Assembly: GCA_964587005.1 (NCBI GenBank)
Contig: CAZPJW010000002.1
Span: forward strand, 12,487-76,486
Source: Candidatus Woesearchaeota archaeon
GTDB taxonomy: Archaea > Nanobdellota > Nanobdellia > SCGC-AAA011-G17 > PNOQ01
Reading direction: 5' to 3'
DNA length: 64,000 bases
Made by a program: the position numbers and the translations under genes. Below the pieces are notes generated by a model. That model saw only the letters and a program-made list of their open reading frames with translations. It did not search any database and had not been told where the DNA came from. Positions 1 to 8,025 of this stretch are shown piece after piece; position 1 is the stretch's first letter; every line of letters begins with the position of its first letter.

Positions 1-195
1 GATTTTGGTTTTATCCATAACTGATTTTTTTTCTGGTTTTGAGGCAACGGGTTTTACTTTTTTTATTTCATTGAATGCAGAAGATATCTCTAAATCTGTC
101 CAGCCACTTTCCCTTAGAATTTTTGAAAGTTCTTCTTCTGAATAACCTTTAGCAAGACCTTTTTTAGCATAATCAATCAACTTAGGATCGGCCAT
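1..195 (-). CDS. hypothetical protein, N-terminal part (gene continues beyond window start)
   Basis: Reverse-strand ORF starts at the ATG complementary to 193-195 (MADPKLIDYAKKGLAKGYSEEELSKILREKGW...) and runs off the window. Not in the ORF track because no stop lies inside the window. Confidence 0.3.
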   Translation of the reverse strand, partial: MADPKLIDYAKKGLAKGYSEEELSKILRESGWTDLEISSAFNEIKKVKPVASKPEKKSVMDKTKI

Positions 196-299
196 ACAGT
201 AAACCTGGATTTTTTATTTAAATAGTTTGCTATTTTTCCAAGAGCGAGGAGTTTTACAATAGAAAAGTATATAAAGATTTTTTCAAGACATAAGGATAG

Positions 300-1004
300 A
301 TGAAAATAGATCTAAAAAAGAAACCACAAAATGTTACAATTATTGGGGGCTTTCCTGGTTTTGGTTTAGTGGGTACAATTTCTAGTGAATATCTAATTGA
401 ACATTTGGGGGCGGAAAAAATAGGATCTGTTTGGTTTTCTGAAATGAATCCCATGATAGCAATACACGAAAGCAAGATTGTTGAGCCTTTCGGAGTGTTC
501 TATTCAAAAAAACATAATATAGTAATCCTACATGCGATTACAAATGTTGCCGGGGTAGAATGGAAAATTGCAAACGTTGTTTCGGAGTTATCAAAAACAT
601 TCAAGGCAAAAGAAGTTATTTGTGTTGACGGTGTTGGCAGTCCAACTGGAAAAACAAATAAAAATTATTATTATTACACTAATAAAAATGCAGAAAAATG
701 GAAGAAAACTAATGGTGAAGAATTGAAAGAGGGAGTTGTTGTTGGGCCAGCAGCAAGTTTGATTTTGAAGGTGGATAACGTACCTATGTCTTGTGTTTTT
801 GCTGAGACTGCTTCTAAACTCCCAGATAGTAGGGCGGCGGCTCAGACAATCAAGGCTCTAGATGAGTATCTTGGGTTGAGTGTGGATTATAATCCGCTTC
901 TTAAGAAGGCAGAAGAGTTTGAAGTAAAATTAAAGAAACTTATTGATGGCACTAAGAAAGCTAAGATAAGTAAAGACAAAAAAGATATCACTTACATGGG
1001 ATAA
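300..1004 (+). CDS. PAC2-family proteasome assembly chaperone-like protein (DUF75 / archaeal ATP-grasp-like)
   Basis: 234 aa. N-terminal IIGGFPGFGLVG motif typical of the PAC2/DUF75 family. Cytosolic, no TM. Confidence 0.5.
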   Translation: MKIDLKKKPQNVTIIGGFPGFGLVGTISSEYLIEHLGAEKIGSVWFSEMNPMIAIHESKIVEPFGVFYSKKHNIVILHAITNVAGVEWKIANVVSELSKTFKAKEVICVDGVGSPTGKTNKNYYYYTNKNAEKWKKTNGEELKEGVVVGPAASLILKVDNVPMSCVFAETASKLPDSRAAAQTIKALDEYLGLSVDYNPLLKKAEEFEVKLKKLIDGTKKAKISKDKKDITYMG

Positions 1005-1034
1005 GTTTATAAATTTCTTGAATATCTCTTTTTT

Positions 1035-1445
1035 ATGTCGTTTGATAATCTAGCTAAGGTGAGAATTGTTCCTGGAATAAGTATATTTGTTTCTAGTTTT
1101 ATAGTTATATTTGTTGCCTTGTCTTTATTAAACACCGTTTCAAATAAGTACATTTTAAGCGTAATTTATGCTATGTTAGTTTTGTTATTGGTAAAGATAT
1201 TATTAATCTATAATGGCTTAAATAAGATCCCTGCTAGTTTATCCGGGAGTAATATGATAAGGTATACTATGTTGTGCCATAATTGTAATTGGGAATGGAT
1301 GTCTAACACAACAGATAAAGAAAGCCCTACAAAATGTCCTAATTGTGGAGAAAGATCTAGGTTAGAATTAATTGGTTACAGGAAGGTACAGAGATTACCA
1401 AAGAAATCTGATAAAGAACTAACTAGTTTTTTTAAACAAAAATAA
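1035..1445 (+). CDS. membrane protein with C-terminal zinc ribbon
   Basis: Two N-terminal hydrophobic helices, then CHNCNWEW...CPNCGERS (CxxC-x17-CxxC). Confidence 0.4.
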   Translation: MSFDNLAKVRIVPGISIFVSSFIVIFVALSLLNTVSNKYILSVIYAMLVLLLVKILLIYNGLNKIPASLSGSNMIRYTMLCHNCNWEWMSNTTDKESPTKCPNCGERSRLELIGYRKVQRLPKKSDKELTSFFKQK

Positions 1446-1470
1446 AAAAATAAATAAGAAGAATAATTAA

Positions 1471-1671
1471 TTATCTTTTCTTTTTCTTGGTGGCTTTTTT
1501 CTTTTTAACCGGTTTCTTTTTAGCAGCTGGCTTTTTTTTAGAGGCTTTTTTCTTCTTGCCACCTCTTGCCATTTTTGCTTCGCAGACATTACCCTTTCCG
1601 TCTACATAGTATAAGTAACCTGGTTTTCTTTTGATTACGTTTTTTGCAATGATTTTCCCCAATGTTTTCAC
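1471..1671 (-). CDS. small lysine-rich basic protein (putative nucleic-acid/chromatin-binding)
   Basis: 66 aa. KRKPGYLYYVDGKGNV core followed by a poly-K/A/P tail (KKKKASKKKPAAKKKPVKKKKATKKKKR). Confidence 0.4.
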   Translation of the reverse strand: MKTLGKIIAKNVIKRKPGYLYYVDGKGNVCEAKMARGGKKKKASKKKPAAKKKPVKKKKATKKKKR

Positions 1672-1713
1672 CTCCTTAATGAAAATTATACTCTAAAATT
1701 AGAAAACTAGTAT

Positions 1714-2343
1714 TTAAATATTTCCTTTTCTCGTCGGAGAAGTAACTTTTTTTTCGTCTCTTTTAGATAGTGCTCCAGTTATTCCATAAATGACTCTTAA
1801 TAAAATTTCTAGGCAAACTACAAAGACAAAATAGTATATTAAAATGTTAAACATGGTTGGTAGGAGGTATAGGAGATCCAGGATTTTGTCTCCCCAAGTT
1901 AAAACAGATGATATATCGTCGACCATTACTACTGCTAGAAGTGCAAAGGGTATTAGTTTTGCTATGTCTTTTGCTAGATCTTGTTTGTAGTAGGACGCTA
2001 TTCTTATCGACGCTATTATTGCCATTGACATAAGTAAAACCATCTCTGTGTTGGGCGTTGTTGTCATCGCGTTTAATATGGTTGAGAAGGTTATGAACCA
2101 CAGCATAAGGAAGAGTGGGAAAAACAGAACATACTCTGCGATGTACAATATAACTGCAAAAAACTTAAATGCGCCTGAATGTTGTGCTCGATTGTATTGA
2201 CGCAAATTAAGGTTGAATATATCCCTGGTTGCTATAAACCTATAGAGATTATAGACGATAATAGTATACAGTGCAAGTCCAAAAATTATGATTATTAGTG
2301 GGTTCAATATGCCAAATGCGCTTTGGGTAGAATATTGTATCAT
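1714..2343 (-). CDS. polytopic membrane protein, unknown function
   Basis: 209 aa with multiple hydrophobic helices. The overlapping ORF 1847..2101 is the less plausible alternative frame. Confidence 0.4.
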   Translation of the reverse strand: MIQYSTQSAFGILNPLIIIIFGLALYTIIVYNLYRFIATRDIFNLNLRQYNRAQHSGAFKFFAVILYIAEYVLFFPLFLMLWFITFSTILNAMTTTPNTEMVLLMSMAIIASIRIASYYKQDLAKDIAKLIPFALLAVVMVDDISSVLTWGDKILDLLYLLPTMFNILIYYFVFVVCLEILLRVIYGITGALSKRDEKKVTSPTRKGNI

Positions 2344-2454
2344 GTTTTTCTTTTAGAAAGTTAATTTATAAAATTTTTGTTCAAGTATTTTTAATTATTT
2401 CTTATAACTTATTGTAATAAATCTTTTAGTTTATTATTAAATATTTTAGCTACA

Positions 2455-3099
2455 CTATTTTCTATCTTTTCTTAATCCTTTTGGTCGCTGGGCGTATTTT
2501 TGTTTAGTGTCTGTTTCCCTAAGGTGGATCCCCAGAGATACCCGGTGGTTTGCGAATGGTCCTCGTCGGTGATCGGGTATTTTTTCGTATATTCTCATTA
2601 AGTTATATGCTAAAATGTCTGCCCGATTAACTAAAGGAATATGTCTATCTGCCTTTTCCATAAAATTTATCTGGCCATAATCTACTGGTGCTCCAAATTC
2701 TGATTGAAGCATATCTCTTAAATCGCAATGTGTTGCTTGTATATGCTCTCCATCTATCATAATTTGAGCCATTTCGATGTCTATTGCTCCCTCTAAGGAA
2801 GAGATTAGACGATGCATGGCAGGGGCCTTAACGCCATTTCTGCCAAGTCTACTTATTTGTTTTTTATAGAGAACTATAAATCTCATGATACTTACTTTTC
2901 CCAAAAATTCCTCGACCATAGCAATATGGTCGTTTCTGCTTCCTTTTCGTTTATATTTTTCTCTTTGTAAGAATTTATCTGTCGGTTCAAGGTCAATTGG
3001 GTTTTTAGAAAGAGCTAAAACATATACCTCTGGCACGGTATGGTGGTTTGATTCATCTATTCCAATGCCATAAAATTCATTTGTCGTTGTATAAGTCAC
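2455..3099 (-). CDS. hypothetical protein (IDES motif, DUF3800-like?)
   Basis: 214 aa. N-terminal GIGIDESNHH resembles the DES motif of DUF3800-type proteins. GC content is higher than the surroundings. Confidence 0.3.
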   Translation of the reverse strand: MTYTTTNEFYGIGIDESNHHTVPEVYVLALSKNPIDLEPTDKFLQREKYKRKGSRNDHIAMVEEFLGKVSIMRFIVLYKKQISRLGRNGVKAPAMHRLISSLEGAIDIEMAQIMIDGEHIQATHCDLRDMLQSEFGAPVDYGQINFMEKADRHIPLVNRADILAYNLMRIYEKIPDHRRGPFANHRVSLGIHLRETDTKQKYAQRPKGLRKDRK

Positions 3100-3154
3100 C
3101 CCTGTTACTAAAGGAGATTGAAATAGATTTATAAATATTTATTAGATTCAATAT

Positions 3155-3982
3155 CTATTCTTCTATATCATCGAGGACATTTTTTACTTTTTTTAGTTGT
3201 TCTTTTGATACATGGGTGTATATCTGTGTCGTCGATAGGTCAGAATGGCCCAATAATTCTTGTATTATTCTGATATCAACTCCTGCATCAAGATTATGTG
3301 TAGCAAATGAGTGTCTTAGTTTGTGTGCTGTTACCTTTTTGTTAATTTTAGCCAATTTTGCTGTATTTGAAATTATCTTTTGTACGTTTCTTGCTGTGAG
3401 GTGGCCTTTTTTCCCCGGAAAAAGGTATACTTCTTCATCATCAAGTGTCTGTAAATATTTGGTTATTTCCTCGGATAGTTTTTTCGATAGGAAAAATGCC
3501 CTGTCTTTCCCCCCTTTCCCAGATCTAACCCAACCCATTTTATTTTCTAGCTCCAAATCATCAATTTTTAGATTAACGCACTCACTTACCCTTAATCCTG
3601 TTGAATATAGTAATTTCATAATCAATAATGACTTTTTGGAATGTGTTGAATCAAACAAAGACCTTATTTCTTTTTTTGTTAGGAAGATTGGAATTGATTT
3701 AGGGATTTTGGGGGTTTTGAAATTTACTATGTTTTTCTCCATTATTTCTTCAAAGAAGAATTTTAGGGCGGCTTTCTTTACAGCTATTGATCTTGGGGAT
3801 TGTTTTTGATCTGAAACTAAATGTGCAAAATATTCTTTTATATGATCTTCAGATATTTTTGTTGGTTCTGTTTTTGAATACTTTAGAAAAAGTTTTGTAT
3901 TAGATAGGTATGACTCAATTGTTCTTTCTGAGAATCCTCTTAATTTTAATTCAGTTTCTAGTTTTTTTAGCCAAATTTCCAC
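3155..3982 (-). CDS. xerA: tyrosine site-specific recombinase (XerA/XerC/XerD-like)
   Basis: 275 aa. SAM-like N-domain and catalytic C-domain ending in RHSFATHNLDAGVDIRIIQELLGHSDLSTTQIYTHV (R..HxxR..Y). Confidence 0.8.
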   Translation of the reverse strand: MEIWLKKLETELKLRGFSERTIESYLSNTKLFLKYSKTEPTKISEDHIKEYFAHLVSDQKQSPRSIAVKKAALKFFFEEIMEKNIVNFKTPKIPKSIPIFLTKKEIRSLFDSTHSKKSLLIMKLLYSTGLRVSECVNLKIDDLELENKMGWVRSGKGGKDRAFFLSKKLSEEITKYLQTLDDEEVYLFPGKKGHLTARNVQKIISNTAKLAKINKKVTAHKLRHSFATHNLDAGVDIRIIQELLGHSDLSTTQIYTHVSKEQLKKVKNVLDDIEE

Positions 3983-4056
3983 GATTATGCCTCTTTTTAG
4001 TGTATTTTTGGCAGAAATAGTATATAAAAGTTCGCATAAGGTATGTTAGGCGAAAT

Positions 4057-4452
4057 CTAGTTGTTTGAATTTGTTGATCTTACTTGGACCTTGTATTCTG
4101 CCGCACCACAACAACTTCTTCTGCCCGTAGTATTGGAGCTTACAGAAATAAGTATACTTCTTGCTGGGCTTTTTGCGGTTAGTTCTAATTTGCCTTCATA
4201 GTTTACTTCAAATCCTTTGTCAATTAACTCTGAACTAATTTTTTCACATATAGCGGATTCTTGGTGATAAAGTCCCCCTTTACAGGTAATTGTTCCTTCA
4301 GAGAGTCTTTTGTCTGCAACAATCTTTCCAAATGAGAATTGACCGCCCGTATGACTAGGAATTTCTCCTTCCAATATATCTGCTATTTCTTTTAAAGTTC
4401 GGTGGTTTCCACTCGATTCTCTTAATGCTCCGAATGACGAGAAAGTTTCCAT
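4057..4452 (-). CDS. hypothetical protein
   Basis: 131 aa. Ala/Gly/Arg-rich composition atypical for this genome. No recognisable motif. Confidence 0.3.
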   Translation of the reverse strand: METFSSFGALRESSGNHRTLKEIADILEGEIPSHTGGQFSFGKIVADKRLSEGTITCKGGLYHQESAICEKISSELIDKGFEVNYEGKLELTAKSPARSILISVSSNTTGRRSCCGAAEYKVQVRSTNSNN

Positions 4453-4490
4453 AGGGGAGTAAATTGTGCTTTATTTAAAAATCTACCGAA

Positions 4491-4889
4491 TTACTTTGGA
4501 ACCGGGAATGGGCCCATATTGTCTTCATCCATTTCACCAAACCTTTCTTCTAGCATTATTATTGCTTGTTCTCTTTCAGATTTTGTTGGGTTTTCTACTC
4601 TGACTATTCGATTGAATTTATACCTTCCATGTGCTGCGCTTAGAGGAATGTTTCCTACATCTCTAGCCTTTGGGCCATAAAATTCTTTTAATATCCTTGT
4701 GGCTTCTTCTACATCTTCTGGAGTTTTTAGTGGATCCCATGGTTCAGGCGAATATTCTATTAAACCAATAGATTGGGCAATAGCTAAAGATTCGTGGGCA
4801 TGACCTACTTTTTCCGGTGTGATTTTTCCTTCCCATCCGCCTGCGCCCTTGCAAACAATTCGGCTTAATCTATATTCAATTTCTGACAT
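4491..4889 (-). CDS. hypothetical protein
   Basis: 132 aa, cytosolic, higher-GC codon usage. No recognisable motif. Confidence 0.3.
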   Translation of the reverse strand: MSEIEYRLSRIVCKGAGGWEGKITPEKVGHAHESLAIAQSIGLIEYSPEPWDPLKTPEDVEEATRILKEFYGPKARDVGNIPLSAAHGRYKFNRIVRVENPTKSEREQAIIMLEERFGEMDEDNMGPFPVPK

Positions 4890-4959
4890 ATTTTTAGAGA
4901 AAATTGGTTTATTTAAAAGTTTAACTAATTATTAAAAATTTAAGTTTTGATTAAAGATT

Positions 4960-5274
4960 TTAGTCGTAATTGCCGGCCCAAAAATACAGCAGATTTTTGT
5001 TGTTTGCGTCTCTTTGAACTCCTAGAACATCAATTTCTCCTCTTCTTAACATTCCATACAACCTCTCTGTAAAAATGGTTTTATTTGTTATAATGCTTGT
5101 TGCATATGTTATTGTAAATTCTCTTTTTGGTAGTGTTGGACAAAAAGTTCTGTTTCCTTCTGGATTTGTAAAAACAAAAACCCTTGGAAGTTCTCCCGAC
5201 CCTTCTTGAAGATCTATCCAGCTTAGAATTGCTTCTTCTAGATTTTTACGTGCTGGATTTAAAACAACGTCCAT
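4960..5274 (-). CDS. hypothetical protein
   Basis: 104 aa ORF in the same co-oriented block. Confidence 0.3.
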   Translation of the reverse strand: MDVVLNPARKNLEEAILSWIDLQEGSGELPRVFVFTNPEGNRTFCPTLPKREFTITYATSIITNKTIFTERLYGMLRRGEIDVLGVQRDANNKNLLYFWAGNYD

Positions 5275-5309
5275 AAAAAAGGTAATTTAAGGGATTTTAT
5301 AAGATTTAT

Positions 5310-5633
5310 CTAAAAATCATATAGAACTACTTTGTGTGTTTCTATCTCTAACATGTAGGTGGGAAGTATATGTGGGGCTAAAATTTCTGGTGTATGCTTG
5401 GCTAGCGCCACAAAATCAAAAGGATGGTGCTCTGAGGGCTTTAAACCTGTTCCTTTTAGGTATTCAGCAGAGGGCAAAATTACTACGTCTGAAATCTCTC
5501 CTTGAGTTTTAGATTGGCCCAACTCGGAAAGTGCAATACCCAGTTCGTCTTGTTTAACCAGTCTATCAACTCTAAATCCTTCCTCTTTTAGTCTTTTTGC
5601 TATATCGCTTTGTCTTTCGTTTGGTGAAGTCAT
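5310..5633 (-). CDS. hypothetical protein
   Basis: 107 aa ORF, last of four co-oriented small genes with tight spacing. Confidence 0.3.
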   Translation of the reverse strand: MTSPNERQSDIAKRLKEEGFRVDRLVKQDELGIALSELGQSKTQGEISDVVILPSAEYLKGTGLKPSEHHPFDFVALAKHTPEILAPHILPTYMLEIETHKVVLYDF

Positions 5634-5663
5634 GAAAAAGGAAGTTAGAATAAATTTATAAGA

Positions 5664-5921
5664 TTATATGTATTTCTCCATATATTCATACCAAATTGCA
5701 ACTAAGAATGGAATAAATGCCATTAGTATCCAGTTAATTTTGTGATACCATGCTCCAAAAACTAATACTATAAATGCAATAACATATAGAAGGATAGACA
5801 GCATACTTGGTAAAAAATCCTCTTTTTTCTTTACCACTTTTTTTGTTGTTTTTTTTCTTTTTTTGACCATTAATTTAATTTTTAATATTTTAAGTATATA
5901 AAGTTTATGTTTGAGAAGCAA
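5664..5921 (-). CDS. small membrane protein
   Basis: Basic N-terminus followed by two hydrophobic helices. The true start is probably an internal Met (MVKKRKK...). Confidence 0.3.
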   Translation of the reverse strand: MLLKHKLYILKILKIKLMVKKRKKTTKKVVKKKEDFLPSMLSILLYVIAFIVLVFGAWYHKINWILMAFIPFLVAIWYEYMEKYI

Positions 5922-5939
5922 AAAGTTTAATAAGGAGTT

Positions 5940-6623
5940 TTGTTAAATTTTGTTATGTTTTTTGGAATTTTTAGAAAGGGTGGAGATGCTGAGAAGAAGT
6001 TCTCCCAATTACACGATAGTTTATCTGAATCTTTTTCGAGGATAAAGAACGATATGGAAAGTGTTGGAGATTGGATAAAACATTTTAATGATACTAATTC
6101 TGAACAGTACGATAAAATTGGTGAAATGGATAAACGGTTGTTGAAGATAGAGGAGTTTATTTTAAATATGTTTGAACAGGGTGAAATAAACGAAACGTTT
6201 GGACAGGTGTCCAAACAGAAACAAACAGCTGTCCGTCCAAAACAAACAGCTAAGCCGTCCAAACAGTCGTTTGGACACCTGTCCAAACAGTCGTTTGGAC
6301 ACCTGTCCAAACAGCAAAAAAGTGTCCAAACAGACCTAGAAAAGGAGTTATACAGCCTCACACCAATGGAAAGAACAATAGTATGGAGTTTATTGAACAC
6401 AGATATGTTGCTTAGTTATGAAGATCTAGCTAGAGTATTGGGAAAAGATACATCAACAGTGAGAGGACAAATAAATAATATAAAAAGGAAGATACCTGGG
6501 CTTGTTTTAGAGAAAAGTGAGAGCAATGGAAAGAAAAGATTTTATGTTGAAGAGGAGAAAAAGAGAGAAATATTGGTAAAATATGTGGGCAAAAACAAGA
6601 AAAGGGTAGAAAGTGAGAGTTAA
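5940..6623 (+). CDS. coiled-coil / low-complexity linker / C-terminal winged-HTH protein (putative DNA-binding regulator)
   Basis: 227 aa. The N-terminus has coiled-coil character. The central linker contains KQTA / SKQSFGHL peptide repeats. The C-terminus is wHTH-like (LTPMERTIVWSLLNTDMLLSYEDLARVLGKDTSTVRGQINNIKRK). Confidence 0.5.
   Translation: MLNFVMFFGIFRKGGDAEKKFSQLHDSLSESFSRIKNDMESVGDWIKHFNDTNSEQYDKIGEMDKRLLKIEEFILNMFEQGEINETFGQVSKQKQTAVRPKQTAKPSKQSFGHLSKQSFGHLSKQQKSVQTDLEKELYSLTPMERTIVWSLLNTDMLLSYEDLARVLGKDTSTVRGQINNIKRKIPGLVLEKSESNGKKRFYVEEEKKREILVKYVGKNKKRVESES
6197..6333. repeat. cluster of palindromes GTTTGGACA-NN-TGTCCAAAC (x3) plus TGTCCAAAC half-sites inside the CDS
   Basis: Perfect 9-bp inverted-repeat arms at 6197-6216, 6269-6288 and 6293-6312. 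Additional half-sites at about 6257 and 6323. Confidence 0.8.
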
Positions 6624-6698
6624 TTCTAAGAATATTTGGTAAAAAAACGTGGTTTTGGGCAGAAATAGCTCTTATTTTAATAAAATGTGAGAGTTAAA

Positions 6699-7364
6699 TT
6701 AAAAATATTGTCTTAAATGGCCAGTTAGTTGTGTTTGTGAGTGGTCTTTTTCTCGTAAAGCAAGTAAGTTTTCAAGTATTTTCAGATTTCTAAACTCTTT
6801 TTTTATGGATAAATATATCTTCCTATTGGGTGATTTGTGTTTTGTGAGGGGAATATTTCTTAAAATTAGATCGCTAACATAGTCTCTAACTGAACTTTGA
6901 GAGATCATTATACGTTTGGCTACTTCTGCATATGTCACAGGATTATCTTTTTCTTCTTCTAATTGATAAATGGTCATGAAAACCTTGAATTGTGCCTCTG
7001 TAAGGCTCAGAAACCTTGAATTTAGCTCTCTCTTAAGGGATTTAATATCATTGTATTCTTCCATATTTGGTGTCGTCGGAGTGTCTGTCTGTCGTCTCTT
7101 TGTCGGCGCAGTGTCGTCGGAGTGTCGAAGCGGCACCCCTTTATTTCCTGTGGAACTTTTTTGAATTTGGGGTTTTGGGGCCTCTAGAACGTTAAATTCT
7201 GGCGTTTTGGCTATTTTATGAGCATTGGGGAGATTGGATATTTGCTCTAACATGGTTTTTATTAAATTGATGTTAGATTCCACGACGGAAATACGTTTAT
7301 CTAAGGCTAGAATGGACTCTTTGACTTTCTGGAAAGAAATTTTAATATTGTTCTCAAAGCTCAA
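6699..7364 (-). CDS. paralogous coiled-coil / linker / C-terminal winged-HTH protein
   Basis: 221 aa. N-terminal coiled coil, Thr/Pro-rich linker, C-terminal wHTH-like (LTEAQFKVFMTIYQLEEEKDNPVTYAEVAKRIMISQSSVRDYV). Same architecture as 5940..6623. Confidence 0.5.
   Translation of the reverse strand: MSFENNIKISFQKVKESILALDKRISVVESNINLIKTMLEQISNLPNAHKIAKTPEFNVLEAPKPQIQKSSTGNKGVPLRHSDDTAPTKRRQTDTPTTPNMEEYNDIKSLKRELNSRFLSLTEAQFKVFMTIYQLEEEKDNPVTYAEVAKRIMISQSSVRDYVSDLILRNIPLTKHKSPNRKIYLSIKKEFRNLKILENLLALREKDHSQTQLTGHLRQYF
7069..7130. repeat. GTGTCG-containing direct repeats within the CDS
   Basis: Several GTGTCG hexamers, including the related segments ggtgtcgtcggagtgtc (7070-7086) and cagtgtcgtcggagtgtcgaag (7109-7130). 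Confidence 0.7.
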
Positions 7365-7410
7365 TTTAACCCCAATTAGTAGGATCTGTGTCGAATTTAT
7401 AATAATTTAT

Positions 7411-7449
7411 GTGTCGGAGCAGTGTCGTCTGAGTGTCGGAGCAGTGTCG
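7411..7449. repeat. exact 17-bp direct repeat GTGTCGGAGCAGTGTCG x2 in the promoter region of 6699..7364
   Basis: Copies at 7411-7427 and 7433-7449 separated by 5 bp, about 50-90 bp upstream of the start at 7364. They are related to the intragenic repeats at 7069-7130. Confidence 0.75.
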
Positions 7450-7527
7450 AAGTGAGAGTTATGTTGGCGTTAGGCACTATGGAATATATTGCAATATCCT
7501 GTAGAAGAGACTCTGAAACACCGATAT

Positions 7528-7995
7528 TTAGGGTTTTAGCTCGTTATTGAAGATTTTAATGAAAGACTCGTGATGTAAGTTTATCCCCGCAGAAACAAAG
7601 GCATCTGCAAACTTCATTATAATCTCTTTCTGAGTTAGGTTTTTAGAAGAAAAAGAAAGTAGGTTTGTGAGAGTATGATTACAAAGGAATCCTTCATTTA
7701 ATTCTATACAAACTGATTTATTGTTCTCGTCGACGGAGAGTCTATCTAGATCTATATTTATTGAGTCTTTCATTAATAAATTTTTATTGAGAATAAATCC
7801 TTTTCCAATTAATTCATTAATTACTGAGCCCTTTATTGTGGTAGCTTTTGTTTGTGTCTTGTTCTCTGGAAGCTTGATTATTTTGCCCAGATATTTTGTT
7901 GTTTTTTGACGAGATTGTTTCTTTCTTTTGTTATATTTATTCTCGACTAGATATGCATATTCTACGTTATTTATTTTTTTCTTTCTAATAAACAT
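7528..7995 (-). CDS. hypothetical protein with basic N-terminal YAYLV...KYLGK motif
   Basis: 155 aa. N-terminus KKKINNVEYAYLVENKYNKRKKQSRQKTTKYLGK. Confidence 0.35.
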   Translation of the reverse strand: MFIRKKKINNVEYAYLVENKYNKRKKQSRQKTTKYLGKIIKLPENKTQTKATTIKGSVINELIGKGFILNKNLLMKDSINIDLDRLSVDENNKSVCIELNEGFLCNHTLTNLLSFSSKNLTQKEIIMKFADAFVSAGINLHHESFIKIFNNELKP

Positions 7996-8025
7996 GATTA
8001 ACTGAAAGAATGTTAATATTAAAAT

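Noticed and set aside
300-1004. HbYX proteasome-docking C-terminus on the PAC2-like protein
   Set aside because: The C-terminus (…ITYMG) does not end in hydrophobic-Tyr-X. Only the N-terminal family motif supports the call.
3216-3809. 197-aa ORF on the plus strand inside the recombinase gene
   Set aside because: Entirely antisense to a gene with strong family motifs. Its low-complexity Ser/Phe-rich translation is typical of a shadow frame.
7225-7455. 76-aa plus-strand ORF spanning the start of 6699..7364 and its repeat-bearing promoter
   Set aside because: It overlaps the better-supported minus-strand gene and the direct-repeat region. It is likely a chance frame.
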